This document shows positions 10,213 to 18,109 of a stretch of 64,000 nucleotides of DNA, one piece after another (the first letter of the stretch is position 1; each line of letters begins with the position of its first letter). This DNA is from an uncultured Clostridium sp. (GTDB taxonomy: Bacteria > Bacillota > Clostridia > Oscillospirales > CAG-272). The position numbers and the translations under genes are program-made. Under the pieces are notes generated by a model. The model searched no databases and had not been told where the DNA came from. It saw nothing but the letters and a program-made list of their open reading frames with translations. The DNA is taken from contig CAZGJC010000001.1 of NCBI GenBank assembly GCA_964526505.1, positions 16,105 through 80,104 of the forward strand, given 5' to 3'.

Positions 10213-10216
10213 ATTT
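10184..10216 (+). terminator. intrinsic terminator of the orphan RNA
   Basis: ggtgcgtc (10184-10191) / gacgcacc (10199-10206), 7-nt loop, then tttttt. The upstream atgagaga (10165-10172) can alternatively pair with tctctcat (10190-10197). Confidence 0.75.
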
Positions 10217-10310
10217 TATCACTTCCCGTATCTTGTCCGAAAATAAAGTTCAAGACGAGGGAAGACAGGGAAGTGTCGGATGAACAGTCTAACACAAATT
10301 TATAAATTCC

Positions 10311-10343
10311 ATATAAAAATATCCTCTCCGATAAGGAGAGGAT
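10311..10343 (-). terminator. intrinsic terminator of the DtxR/MntR-family gene
   Basis: atcctctcc (10321-10329) / ggagaggat (10335-10343). On the minus strand it is followed by atttttatat. Confidence 0.7.
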
Positions 10344-10346
10344 ATT

Positions 10347-10709
10347 TCACTTTTTTATATGCTTTTTTATGGCTTCAAAACTTTCAGTACTTAGAACGTG
10401 TTCGAGTTTACACGCATCATCGGAGGCAATATTACTCGGAACGCCCATATCTTCCAACCACTTTGCAATTATTGTGTGTCGTTCCATAATATCTTCTGCA
10501 ATCTTTCGCCCGGATTCAAGCAGAATAATATGACCGTTTGCGTCTGTTTCGATATATCCGTTTTCACGCAAATTTTTCATGGCGACGCTGACGCTCGGCT
10601 TGGAAAAATCAAGTTCGTTGGCAATGTCTATTGCACGAACGTATCCTTTTCTGAGTTGCAGGCGGAGGATTGTTTCAAGATAGTTTTCCGCTGATTCCTG
10701 TATTTTCAT
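10347..10709 (-). CDS. DtxR/MntR-family metal-dependent transcriptional regulator (short, 120 aa)
   Basis: ESAENYLETILRL..GYVRAIDIANELDFSKPSVSVAMKNLRENGYI (winged HTH) followed by a dimerisation helix. GGAGG RBS present. Confidence 0.85.
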   Translation of the reverse strand: MKIQESAENYLETILRLQLRKGYVRAIDIANELDFSKPSVSVAMKNLRENGYIETDANGHIILLESGRKIAEDIMERHTIIAKWLEDMGVPSNIASDDACKLEHVLSTESFEAIKKHIKK

Positions 10710-10775
10710 TTTCCGCCTCCTTTTTGGCTATTATTGTTATTATATCACATTTCACAGTTTAATACAAGTGCCATT

Positions 10776-11483
10776 TTATACAAAAAACATAGTGCCGATA
10801 TCGTACAAAGGGCTATTTGAAAGAGAAACAACCTCTTTTTTATGCAAATGACAAAAATCAATTATACGTTTTGCGTTGGGATGTTCTGAAACGTTACCGC
10901 AAAAATATACTTTGTCTTTATACGTACCGGTAGCACCGCCTATAAAACCGCAGTCATATCCGTTCAATGACACACCGCCCGCTGATATCATCAACACATC
11001 AATATTGTTTTCCGTACAGGCTTTATATATTGAGTTATCCGACGTTATTATTGCGTCTTCGGCAATTTTACAAACCGAACATTTTGTGTATCCCTGGTTG
11101 GTATGAATTATATTAAAGTTGTTGAGGCGTGCTTCTTTGAGTATGAGTTCTGAAACGGTATTTTTATTACATAAAAGATTATTCCCGAGTGTTACGCAGT
11201 TAAACAGAACGTCGGCGGGGTATGTAGATTGTGTGTGTTCATCGGACAGAACAAGTTTATATGATGATAAAGCAAGTATTTTCTCTATATCACCTTTATT
11301 TTCCTCATAATATTTTTTGTGACAGAAAAGTTTACCGAAACCCACAAATATAATCATATCCGGGTGAGATGACACAGGCGGTGCAAGATATTTTGCACTA
11401 TGCAACGGCAAAATTTCAAATCCTGAGTTTTTAAGCGAGGACAGGGCATCGCTTGGTGTTCTGATATCTGTTATTACCGTCAT
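10776..11483 (-). CDS. conserved hypothetical protein (235 aa, cytoplasmic)
   Basis: Good RBS (AAGGAG) and no TM segments. SSHPDM, GYTKCS and CGFIGGATG are faintly reminiscent of guanidino-group-modifying / amidinotransferase-fold enzymes. The family is not recognised with confidence. Confidence 0.5.
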   Translation of the reverse strand: MTVITDIRTPSDALSSLKNSGFEILPLHSAKYLAPPVSSHPDMIIFVGFGKLFCHKKYYEENKGDIEKILALSSYKLVLSDEHTQSTYPADVLFNCVTLGNNLLCNKNTVSELILKEARLNNFNIIHTNQGYTKCSVCKIAEDAIITSDNSIYKACTENNIDVLMISAGGVSLNGYDCGFIGGATGTYKDKVYFCGNVSEHPNAKRIIDFCHLHKKEVVSLSNSPLYDIGTMFFV

Positions 11484-11507
11484 AAAAACTCCTTTTCTGA
11501 TAAAGTT

Positions 11508-11533
11508 AAAGGGCGTTTATAAAAACGCCCTTT
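11508..11533 (-). terminator. hairpin downstream of rpmB (probable terminator)
   Basis: aaagggcgttt (11508-11518) / aaacgcccttt (11523-11533). The U-tract on the minus strand is weak. Confidence 0.5.
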
Positions 11534-11565
11534 AAACTGTAAATATGGAAAGTCCATACATTTAA

Positions 11566-11751
11566 TTATGCACGGTTAATTTTGCCCGAACGAAGACAAC
11601 GGGAGCATACCGCAACGGTCTTGGGTGTACCGTCAACCATAGCCTTTACCTTGCGGATATTGGGCTTCCAAGTTCTATTTGTTTTTCTGTTAGAGTGTGA
11701 AACGTTCTGACCGAAAACAACGCCTTTTCCACAAACACTGCACTTTGCCAT
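11566..11751 (-). CDS. rpmB: 50S ribosomal protein L28
   Basis: MAKCSVCGKGVVFGQNVSHSNRKTNRTWKPNI. GGAGG lies 8 nt upstream of the ATG at 11751. Confidence 0.93.
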   Translation of the reverse strand: MAKCSVCGKGVVFGQNVSHSNRKTNRTWKPNIRKVKAMVDGTPKTVAVCSRCLRSGKINRA

Positions 11752-11824
11752 TATTGATACCTCCTGTTTCATATTTACATAAATCTATAACTGAATTTAT
11801 TGTCAAAGGTTATGCAACTATGAT

Positions 11825-11853
11825 ATTATAGCATACTTCTTTTAAAATTGCAA
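11825..11853 (-). promoter_or_regulatory. sigma-A-type promoter for rpmB
   Basis: On the minus strand: TTGCAA (11853-11848), 17 nt, TATAAT (11830-11825). Confidence 0.5.
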
Positions 11854-11951
11854 GTAGTTTTTTAAATTTTTTTTGTTTTTATTTAAAATATTTTATTTGA
11901 ATGAAAACAACGGTAAATTTTCTTGTGTTGTTACCATTTTTTGGAGAAAAA

Positions 11952-13259
11952 TCAAATAAAAATTCCTTCGCACGTGTCACCGTTATGAGACATTATTTTT
12001 ACCGTACGTATCTGTGCGTGCATATTTTCTTCCGTTTTTACACGCACTTCAACAAATTCGGGCGTGTGACCGTAGGAATAGGCACCGTTTTGTGATTCGA
12101 AAAGCACCTCCGCCGTTGTGCCTACAAGTAAATCCAGTCGCAAGGAACGGGAAATTGAGGCGTCTTTTGACAAAATTGAAACACGGTTGTGCTTTATTTC
12201 TTCCGGAATTTGATTATCCATTTCCGCTGCAGGTGTTCCGCTTCGTTTGGAGTATGGGAATACGTGCGTCATCAAAAATTCCGCATTTTTTACAAGGCGA
12301 CGGCTGTCTTCAAAATCTTCTTCGGATTCTCCGGGAAATCCGACGATTATATCTGTGGTGAGTTGCAGTGTGGGGAACGCATCACGCAAAAGTTTTACCG
12401 CATTCATCGCTTGTGTGGAATTATATTTGCGTTTCATTTTTGCCAGAACACGGTCACTTCCGCTTTGCATTGACAAATGGAAATGAGGCGTTATGGATTT
12501 GAGATTTTTTATTTTATCCACGAAATTCGGTTTAATAATACTCGGGTCGAGTGAACCTAAACGAACTCTGCCTATGCCGTCTATTTTATCGACTCTGCAA
12601 AGCAAATCGGCAAGTGTTGTACCGTCCTCTAAATCTCTTCCGTAGCACCCGGTCTCAATACCGGTAAGGACAACTTCACGGCAACCGTTTTGTACAAGTT
12701 CCGTCACTTCCGCAATTACCGCATCCGCCGATTTTGAACGTATCGGACCACGTGCGGCGGGGATTGTACAATAGGTGCAACGTGACTCACAACCGTCTTG
12801 GATTTTTACGTATGCACGAGTTCTGTCAAATTTTTTTATTGACATTCCCTCAAACTCGGCACCGTCAAGACTCTGTACGGATATTTCGGTCCTGTCATTC
12901 TTTTTGCCGATAGAATATAGTTCTTCCAACTTGTCCGCAACGGAAAGTTTATTTGCACTTCCGCATACGTAATCGACACCGGAAATTGCCGAAATCGCCG
13001 ACGGGTTGGTTTGGGAATAACAACCTGTAACAAGAACATATGCAAAAGGATTTTTACTCATTGTACGGCGTATTGCCTGACGTGCTTTTCTGTCAGACTC
13101 TGCCGTAACCGTACAGGTATTTATAACATATGCGGTACATACGTCGTCCGCACTCCTTATTTCCCAACCTTGTGAGGCAAGCAGTTCGGATATTGCCTCG
13201 GATTCATATTGGTTTACCTTGCAACCCAAGGTAACTATCGCTACTGTTTTCTCCGACAT
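11952..13259 (-). CDS. mtaB: tRNA (t6A37) methylthiotransferase MtaB (radical SAM, MiaB-like)
   Basis: VAIVTLGCKVNQYESE (UPF0004 domain), the CESRCTYCTIP radical-SAM cluster motif, and a C-terminal TRAM-like region. Confidence 0.87.
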   Translation of the reverse strand: MSEKTVAIVTLGCKVNQYESEAISELLASQGWEIRSADDVCTAYVINTCTVTAESDRKARQAIRRTMSKNPFAYVLVTGCYSQTNPSAISAISGVDYVCGSANKLSVADKLEELYSIGKKNDRTEISVQSLDGAEFEGMSIKKFDRTRAYVKIQDGCESRCTYCTIPAARGPIRSKSADAVIAEVTELVQNGCREVVLTGIETGCYGRDLEDGTTLADLLCRVDKIDGIGRVRLGSLDPSIIKPNFVDKIKNLKSITPHFHLSMQSGSDRVLAKMKRKYNSTQAMNAVKLLRDAFPTLQLTTDIIVGFPGESEEDFEDSRRLVKNAEFLMTHVFPYSKRSGTPAAEMDNQIPEEIKHNRVSILSKDASISRSLRLDLLVGTTAEVLFESQNGAYSYGHTPEFVEVRVKTEENMHAQIRTVKIMSHNGDTCEGIFI

Positions 13260-13334
13260 AAACGTTCTCCTATAATAATACGGGTATATTTTATCATTAA
13301 ATTGTGCTTTTGTAAATATATTTTTAAAAAAACC

Positions 13335-13363
13335 TTGAAAAAAGTGTTAAAAGGTAGTATAAT
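13335..13363 (+). promoter_or_regulatory. sigma-A-type promoter for upp
   Basis: TTGAAA (13335-13340), 17 nt, TATAAT (13358-13363). Confidence 0.55.
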
Positions 13364-13396
13364 GTATGTAAAAAAGTCAAGACAAGGAGAATTACA

Positions 13397-14026
13397 ATGA
13401 GTCAACTTCATATAGTAGACCACCCCTTAATTACACACAAACTTTCAATTATGAGAAATAAGAAAACGGGTTCGAAAGATTTCCGTGAACTTCTCAACGA
13501 AATATCAATGCTTATGGGATATGAAATAACCCGTGATCTTCCTCTTGAAGATATTACCATTGAAACTCCCGTTTGTAAAACAAAAGCAAAAATGGTTGCA
13601 GGAAAGAAAATTGCGATAGTTCCGATTTTGCGTGCGGGAATAGGAATGGTTGACGGTATTCTCAGCCTTGTTCCCGTTGCAAAAGTAGGTCACATCGGTT
13701 TGTATCGTGACCCTGAAACGCATGAACCCGTTGAATACTACTGCAAACTTCCCGCTGACGTTCAGGAAAGAATGGTTATTCTTATAGACCCCATGCTCGC
13801 AACGGGCGGTTCGGCGTGTGATGCATTGCAGACACTCAAAAGAAAGGGTTGCAAGCACATCAAATTTATGTGTCTCGTAGCATCTCCCGAGGGTGTTGAA
13901 AGAGTTCGCAAAGAGCATCCGGACGTTGATATTTACACTGCATCCGTTGACGAATGTCTTAACGAACATGCATATATCGTTCCCGGTCTCGGTGACGCAG
14001 GCGACAGAATATTCGGTACGCTCTGA
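13397..14026 (+). CDS. upp: uracil phosphoribosyltransferase
   Basis: [42 protein letters not shown]. Confidence 0.97.
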   Translation: MSQLHIVDHPLITHKLSIMRNKKTGSKDFRELLNEISMLMGYEITRDLPLEDITIETPVCKTKAKMVAGKKIAIVPILRAGIGMVDGILSLVPVAKVGHIGLYRDPETHEPVEYYCKLPADVQERMVILIDPMLATGGSACDALQTLKRKGCKHIKFMCLVASPEGVERVRKEHPDVDIYTASVDECLNEHAYIVPGLGDAGDRIFGTL

Positions 14027-14034
14027 TTGCACAA

Positions 14035-15027
14035 GTGAAAATAATAACTGTCAAAAAAAACGACGCAGGACAACGACTTGACAAATTCCTAACTAAGGCG
14101 GTTTGCGGGCTTCCTGCGTCGCTTATGTATAAGTACATTCGCACAAAAAAGATAAAGGTAAACCGCAAGCGTGCGGAGCAGAATTATTATTTGTGTGAGG
14201 GTGATGAGATCCAACTTTTTATAAGAGATGAATTTTTTGCCTCTCCCGAAAATGACACCGGGGCATTGTCAAGAATTTCTCCGAAGTTGAACATAGTATA
14301 TGAGGATGAGAACATAATACTTTGCAACAAGCGTCCCGGTGTGTTGGTTCACGAAGACGAGGGGGCAGGAGACAATACTCTTATTATGCATATAAAAGCG
14401 TATTTGCATCAAAAAGGGGAATATAATCCCGACGACGAGCAATCTTTCGCCCCGTCTCTTTGCAACCGTATTGACAGAAATACGGGCGGAATTGTTATTG
14501 CCGCAAAAAATGCGGAATCTCTCCGTGCAATGAATCAAAAAATCAAAGACGACGAAATAAGAAAGTTTTATATCTGTGCCGTACACGGAAATATGGAAAA
14601 AGACAGCGGTACGCTTAAAGGTTATCTGAAAAAAGACTCCAAAAGCAAAACCGTTGATATTTCCGACAGACCGAAGGACGGATATAAGAACATAATCACA
14701 AAATACAGGACGCTTGTACGTCACGGTGGTGACAGTCTGTTGCAAGTGGAACTTGTCACAGGCAGAACCCATCAGATAAGAGCTCATATGTCACACATAG
14801 GTCATCCTCTCCTCGGAGATGGAAAATATGGCATTAACAAGGGAGACCGAGAAAGAGGATATAGGTTTCAGGCGTTGTATTCTTACAGACTTATATTCAA
14901 TTTTACAGATAATTCCGGTATTCTCGGGTATTTGAAGGGAAAAGAGGTATCTATCCCATCAAGCGACATTTGGTTTTTGTCGAATTTTCCTTGCGGAAAG
15001 GAAATAGTGGACGGTTTGAAAAAATAA
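14035..15027 (+). CDS. RluA-family pseudouridine synthase with an N-terminal S4 domain (RluD/RluC-like)
   Basis: QRLDKFL (S4 domain), NRIDRNTGGIVIAAK, and GRTHQIRAHMSHIGHPLLGDGKYG. GTG start with a weak RBS. Confidence 0.87.
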   Translation: MKIITVKKNDAGQRLDKFLTKAVCGLPASLMYKYIRTKKIKVNRKRAEQNYYLCEGDEIQLFIRDEFFASPENDTGALSRISPKLNIVYEDENIILCNKRPGVLVHEDEGAGDNTLIMHIKAYLHQKGEYNPDDEQSFAPSLCNRIDRNTGGIVIAAKNAESLRAMNQKIKDDEIRKFYICAVHGNMEKDSGTLKGYLKKDSKSKTVDISDRPKDGYKNIITKYRTLVRHGGDSLLQVELVTGRTHQIRAHMSHIGHPLLGDGKYGINKGDRERGYRFQALYSYRLIFNFTDNSGILGYLKGKEVSIPSSDIWFLSNFPCGKEIVDGLKK

Positions 15028-15036
15028 GGGTAAATT

Positions 15037-16653
15037 ATGTGTCAGATAATAAAAAAATATAAATTTTTGTTTTTGTGCATATCGGGAGTATTAACTGCAT
15101 TCACCGTTGTTTTTCCGAAAGTGGGATTTCTTGAATGGATTTCTCTTGTGCCTGCTTCCATGGTGTTAATACTTATAGCGGATGACAAGCAAAATTCACT
15201 GCGTAAGATATATCTTCACGGTGCCGTATTTTTTATGTCTTTTTATCTTGTGATATGGCATTGGTTTTTATATATGTATCCGCTTGAATTTATGGAAGTT
15301 TCGCATGCGGTGGCTTTATTTATCGTTTTAGTGGCATGGATAGGGCTTTCAATTGTTCAAACGGTGACCGGTTCGCTTATATTTCTTGTATTTGCCGTAA
15401 TTTTTCGATGCAGAATATTTGAAAAAATCAAAATACTTGTTCCGATTTTGGCGGGGGCGTTGTGGGCTTCCATTGAGTGGTCTCAAACAATCGGTTGGTG
15501 GGGCGTGCCGTGGGGCAGATTATGTCTCGGGCAGAGCGAAACAAATCTTTCCATGCTTTCCGCTTCGGTGTTCGGATCATACTTTGTAACGTTTATTATA
15601 GTTGCGGTCAACTTTTGTATAGGATATATTCTCATAAGACAGGATTTTGCGAGAATATTGTCTGTGGTGTGCGTGTGTTTGATTGTCGGAAATCTGCTTA
15701 TCGGATGCATGGTGAGAATTTCATACAGCGATGACGGAAATGAAAAGATTACGGTTTCCGCAGTTCAAGGAAATATTCACTTGAATGAAAAATGGAGCGA
15801 TGGAACACGGCAGGAAATAGAAGAAGCACAGACCAAATATACTATTGAGGCATCAGACAACGGAGCGGATTTGATTATATGGGCGGAGACTGCATTTCCG
15901 TACAGTATGGACGAAGAACTCGCAGAATATTTCTCGGAACTTGCGAAAAGCACGGGAACAACGATTATTGCATCTGCGTTTACGTATCCGGAAACCCCGG
16001 TTTATGCTCAAAGCGGTGCAATGAGAACGTATAATTCACTTATGGAAGTGCGGAGCGACGGAAGTTTCGGAGATGATATATATTCAAAGCAACGGCTTGT
16101 TCCTTTTGCGGAATTTGTTCCGATGTATGACGTGGTAAAGGTATTGCTGCCACCGTTTGCCGAACTCAATATGATATCCGATGACGTTTTGCCCGGTGAT
16201 GAAAGCGTGGTTTTACATACCGAGCAGGGAAACATCGGGTGTATGATTTGTTTCGACTCCGTATACGAAAACATTGCCATGGAAGCGGTCAGAGGCGGAG
16301 CGGAGATGCTTATAGTTTCCACAAACGATGCGTGGTTCGACAAGTCGGCGGAAAATTATATGCATACATCGCAGTCTAAACTTCGTGCCGTAGAAACAGG
16401 ACGGTATTTGGTGCGTGCCGCAAACACCGGCATTTCCGGTATAATCAACCCTATGGGTGAGTTTGAAGAGAGTTTGGGCATACTCGAAGGCGGAACGGTA
16501 ACAGGTGATATTTATTTGAGAGAACAAAGAACGATATACTCGATAATAGGCAACAGTTTTGTTTACGCTTGTGTCGGTGTGTCTGCGATTTTACTTGTGT
16601 CGTCCATTGCGGTTGCTGTTTATGACAGAAAAAAGTCAAAAGAAAACGCATGA
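15037..16653 (+). CDS. lnt: apolipoprotein N-acyltransferase (Lnt-type: polytopic N-terminus plus CN-hydrolase domain)
   Basis: Multiple N-terminal TM helices. CN-hydrolase triad contexts are present: IIWAETAFPY (Glu), SKQRLVPFAEFVP (Lys) and GCMICFDSVYE (Cys). A C-terminal TM helix follows. Confidence 0.8.
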   Translation: MCQIIKKYKFLFLCISGVLTAFTVVFPKVGFLEWISLVPASMVLILIADDKQNSLRKIYLHGAVFFMSFYLVIWHWFLYMYPLEFMEVSHAVALFIVLVAWIGLSIVQTVTGSLIFLVFAVIFRCRIFEKIKILVPILAGALWASIEWSQTIGWWGVPWGRLCLGQSETNLSMLSASVFGSYFVTFIIVAVNFCIGYILIRQDFARILSVVCVCLIVGNLLIGCMVRISYSDDGNEKITVSAVQGNIHLNEKWSDGTRQEIEEAQTKYTIEASDNGADLIIWAETAFPYSMDEELAEYFSELAKSTGTTIIASAFTYPETPVYAQSGAMRTYNSLMEVRSDGSFGDDIYSKQRLVPFAEFVPMYDVVKVLLPPFAELNMISDDVLPGDESVVLHTEQGNIGCMICFDSVYENIAMEAVRGGAEMLIVSTNDAWFDKSAENYMHTSQSKLRAVETGRYLVRAANTGISGIINPMGEFEESLGILEGGTVTGDIYLREQRTIYSIIGNSFVYACVGVSAILLVSSIAVAVYDRKKSKENA

Positions 16654-16999
16654 AGAAGATTATAATTATATCAGTTGCAATTATAGTCGCCGTTGTAGTG
16701 TTATGTATTGTGTTTACGCTTTTGTCCGAAAAGAGTGAGCAACTTTGCGGGAATATTCATCGGTTGATATAGGGACCGGAGGCGTGCTTGATTTTAAAGG
16801 CGAGAGCGTGACGGTGTCATATTTTTCGTCGGGACGTGAGGTGTTTTCCGCACAAGGAACGTATCATATAAGTGACGGAAATATAGATATGAGTTTTGAC
16901 GATACGAACTCAAACAATATATACGATGGATTACACAAAATAGAGATATGTGAAGACTACATTGTTTTTGATGGAATTAAATACAAAAAAGAGAATTGA
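16650..16999 (+). pseudogene. frameshifted paralogue of the 17060-17440 small secreted protein
   Basis: The ATG at 16650 (overlapping the lnt stop as ATGA) encodes a TM/signal segment MKKIIIISVAIIVAVVVLCIVFTLLSEKSEQLCG and then hits a stop at 16770-16772. The homologous body (EYSSVDIGTGG...GTYHISDG...GIKYKKEN) continues in the -1 frame from about 16748. One extra G in the GGG run at 16749-16751 would fuse the two frames. Confidence 0.5.
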
Positions 17000-17059
17000 T
17001 GTTGACAACAATAATTCTTTCGTGTATAATAATATCGATTAAATATTAGGAGAATACAA

Positions 17060-17440
17060 ATGAAAAAGATAATTTCAAGTGCATTGGCACTTCTTTTGCT
17101 TGCCGTTTTGGCGATGACGGCAATGGTTTCCTGCACGGACGATGACAGCAAAACAAACGGCACGGCTATATCCGGAACATATTCAAATCTTGATAGCGGA
17201 ACAGGTGTTACGTTTGAATTTTCAAGTGATATGAACGTGAAAATCACACGTCAGTCCACATACAGAACAGACCTTGAAGCGAGCGGTACGTATTCAATTG
17301 CCGACGGAAAAATAACAATTACATACAATGAACGTACAACCGGAAGTTCGGAAACAGCCGAGAAATATTCCGGAGAACTTACGTATGAGTCCGGTGACGG
17401 ATTTATAAAAATTAACGGTGTGGAATACAAAAAAGCATAA
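17060..17440 (+). CDS. small lipoprotein of unknown function
   Basis: Signal peptide with lipobox AMVSC. AGGAG RBS present. Paralogous to the 16745-16999 body (GTYSNLDSGTG...SGTYSIADGKI...NGVEYKK). Confidence 0.7.
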   Translation: MKKIISSALALLLLAVLAMTAMVSCTDDDSKTNGTAISGTYSNLDSGTGVTFEFSSDMNVKITRQSTYRTDLEASGTYSIADGKITITYNERTTGSSETAEKYSGELTYESGDGFIKINGVEYKKA

Positions 17441-17450
17441 TCGAAAAACA

Positions 17451-17476
17451 AAAAAGGCGTATATCGCCTTTTTTGT
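17451..17476 (+). terminator. intrinsic terminator
   Basis: aaaaaggcg-tatat-cgccttttttg. Confidence 0.65.
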
Positions 17477-17540
17477 TTTATAAACTTTTCCCGTAAAGAC
17501 TGAAAATTGACAAATGTGTCGGCTTTGTGAAAAAAATCTG

Positions 17541-17569
17541 TTGACATTTTTTCACAAATAGTGTATAAT
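17541..17569 (+). promoter_or_regulatory. sigma-A-type promoter for the 17616 lipoprotein gene
   Basis: TTGACA (17541-17546), 17 nt, TATAAT (17564-17569). Confidence 0.65.
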
Positions 17570-17615
17570 GATACCAACTTAGGGATAACTAAGAAATTCA
17601 GGAGGATAGTTTACT

Positions 17616-18026
17616 ATGAAAAAGAACATTCTTAAAGTTGTAGCCCTCGCACTTATCGCAGTTATGACATGTGCCATTCTTGTTGCATGTGCACCTGCAT
17701 CAGACCCTGACAAGGCTTTGGACGCTCTCAAAGATAACGGAATCGATTGGGCGGCACAAGACACGCTTGTAATTCCCACTGCTCTTAAACTTTTGGGTGT
17801 TGACGGTATTGATTCCGTCGTAAGCGGAACGGGTAAAATTGACGATGAGTTTGCTCACGTTACTATCATCTATTTTGAAGACAAAGATGATGCAAATGAT
17901 GCTTGGGAAAAAGTTCAGAAGTATTCCGACGAAAAGAAGGATGATGAGGCTGAGGACTGGGTTTGCAAAAAGTCCGGCAAGATGATTTACTTCGGAACGG
18001 AAAACGCAATTAAAGCGGCAAGATAA
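17616..18026 (+). CDS. small acidic lipoprotein of unknown function
   Basis: Signal peptide MKKNILKVVALALIAVMTCAILVAC with lipobox LVAC. AGGAGG RBS present. Confidence 0.7.
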   Translation: MKKNILKVVALALIAVMTCAILVACAPASDPDKALDALKDNGIDWAAQDTLVIPTALKLLGVDGIDSVVSGTGKIDDEFAHVTIIYFEDKDDANDAWEKVQKYSDEKKDDEAEDWVCKKSGKMIYFGTENAIKAAR

Positions 18027-18032
18027 TTTTTT

Positions 18033-18070
18033 ACAAGAAAAAGGGGTCGATTTTGACCCCTTTTTCTTGT
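18033..18070 (+). terminator. intrinsic terminator for the plus-strand lipoprotein gene
   Basis: 16-bp stem acaagaaaaaggggtc / gacccctttttcttgt. The core ggggtc/gacccc is followed by ttttt. Confidence 0.8.
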
Positions 18071-18109
18071 AAAAACAACCACAAAGGCTATGCCTTTGTG
18101 GTTGTTTTT
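18071..18109 (-). terminator. intrinsic terminator for the minus-strand CNNM gene pair
   Basis: 18-bp stem aaaaacaaccacaaaggc / gcctttgtggttgttttt immediately after the stop codon. A U-run follows on the minus strand. Confidence 0.75.

Noticed and set aside
10280-10489. 69-aa plus-strand ORF downstream of the orphan RNA, antisense to the DtxR/MntR gene
   Set aside because: It lies entirely antisense to a well-supported gene, its composition is implausible, and it spans the regulator's terminator. It matters only as the region that read-through transcription from the orphan RNA would cover.
11800-11829. Plus-strand promoter-like element TTGTCA, 18 nt, TATTAT, pointing antisense into mtaB
   Set aside because: It overlaps the better-fitting minus-strand rpmB promoter region, and no plus-strand feature follows (the 11901..12095 ORF is a shadow ORF). 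It is likely a chance match in AT-rich DNA.
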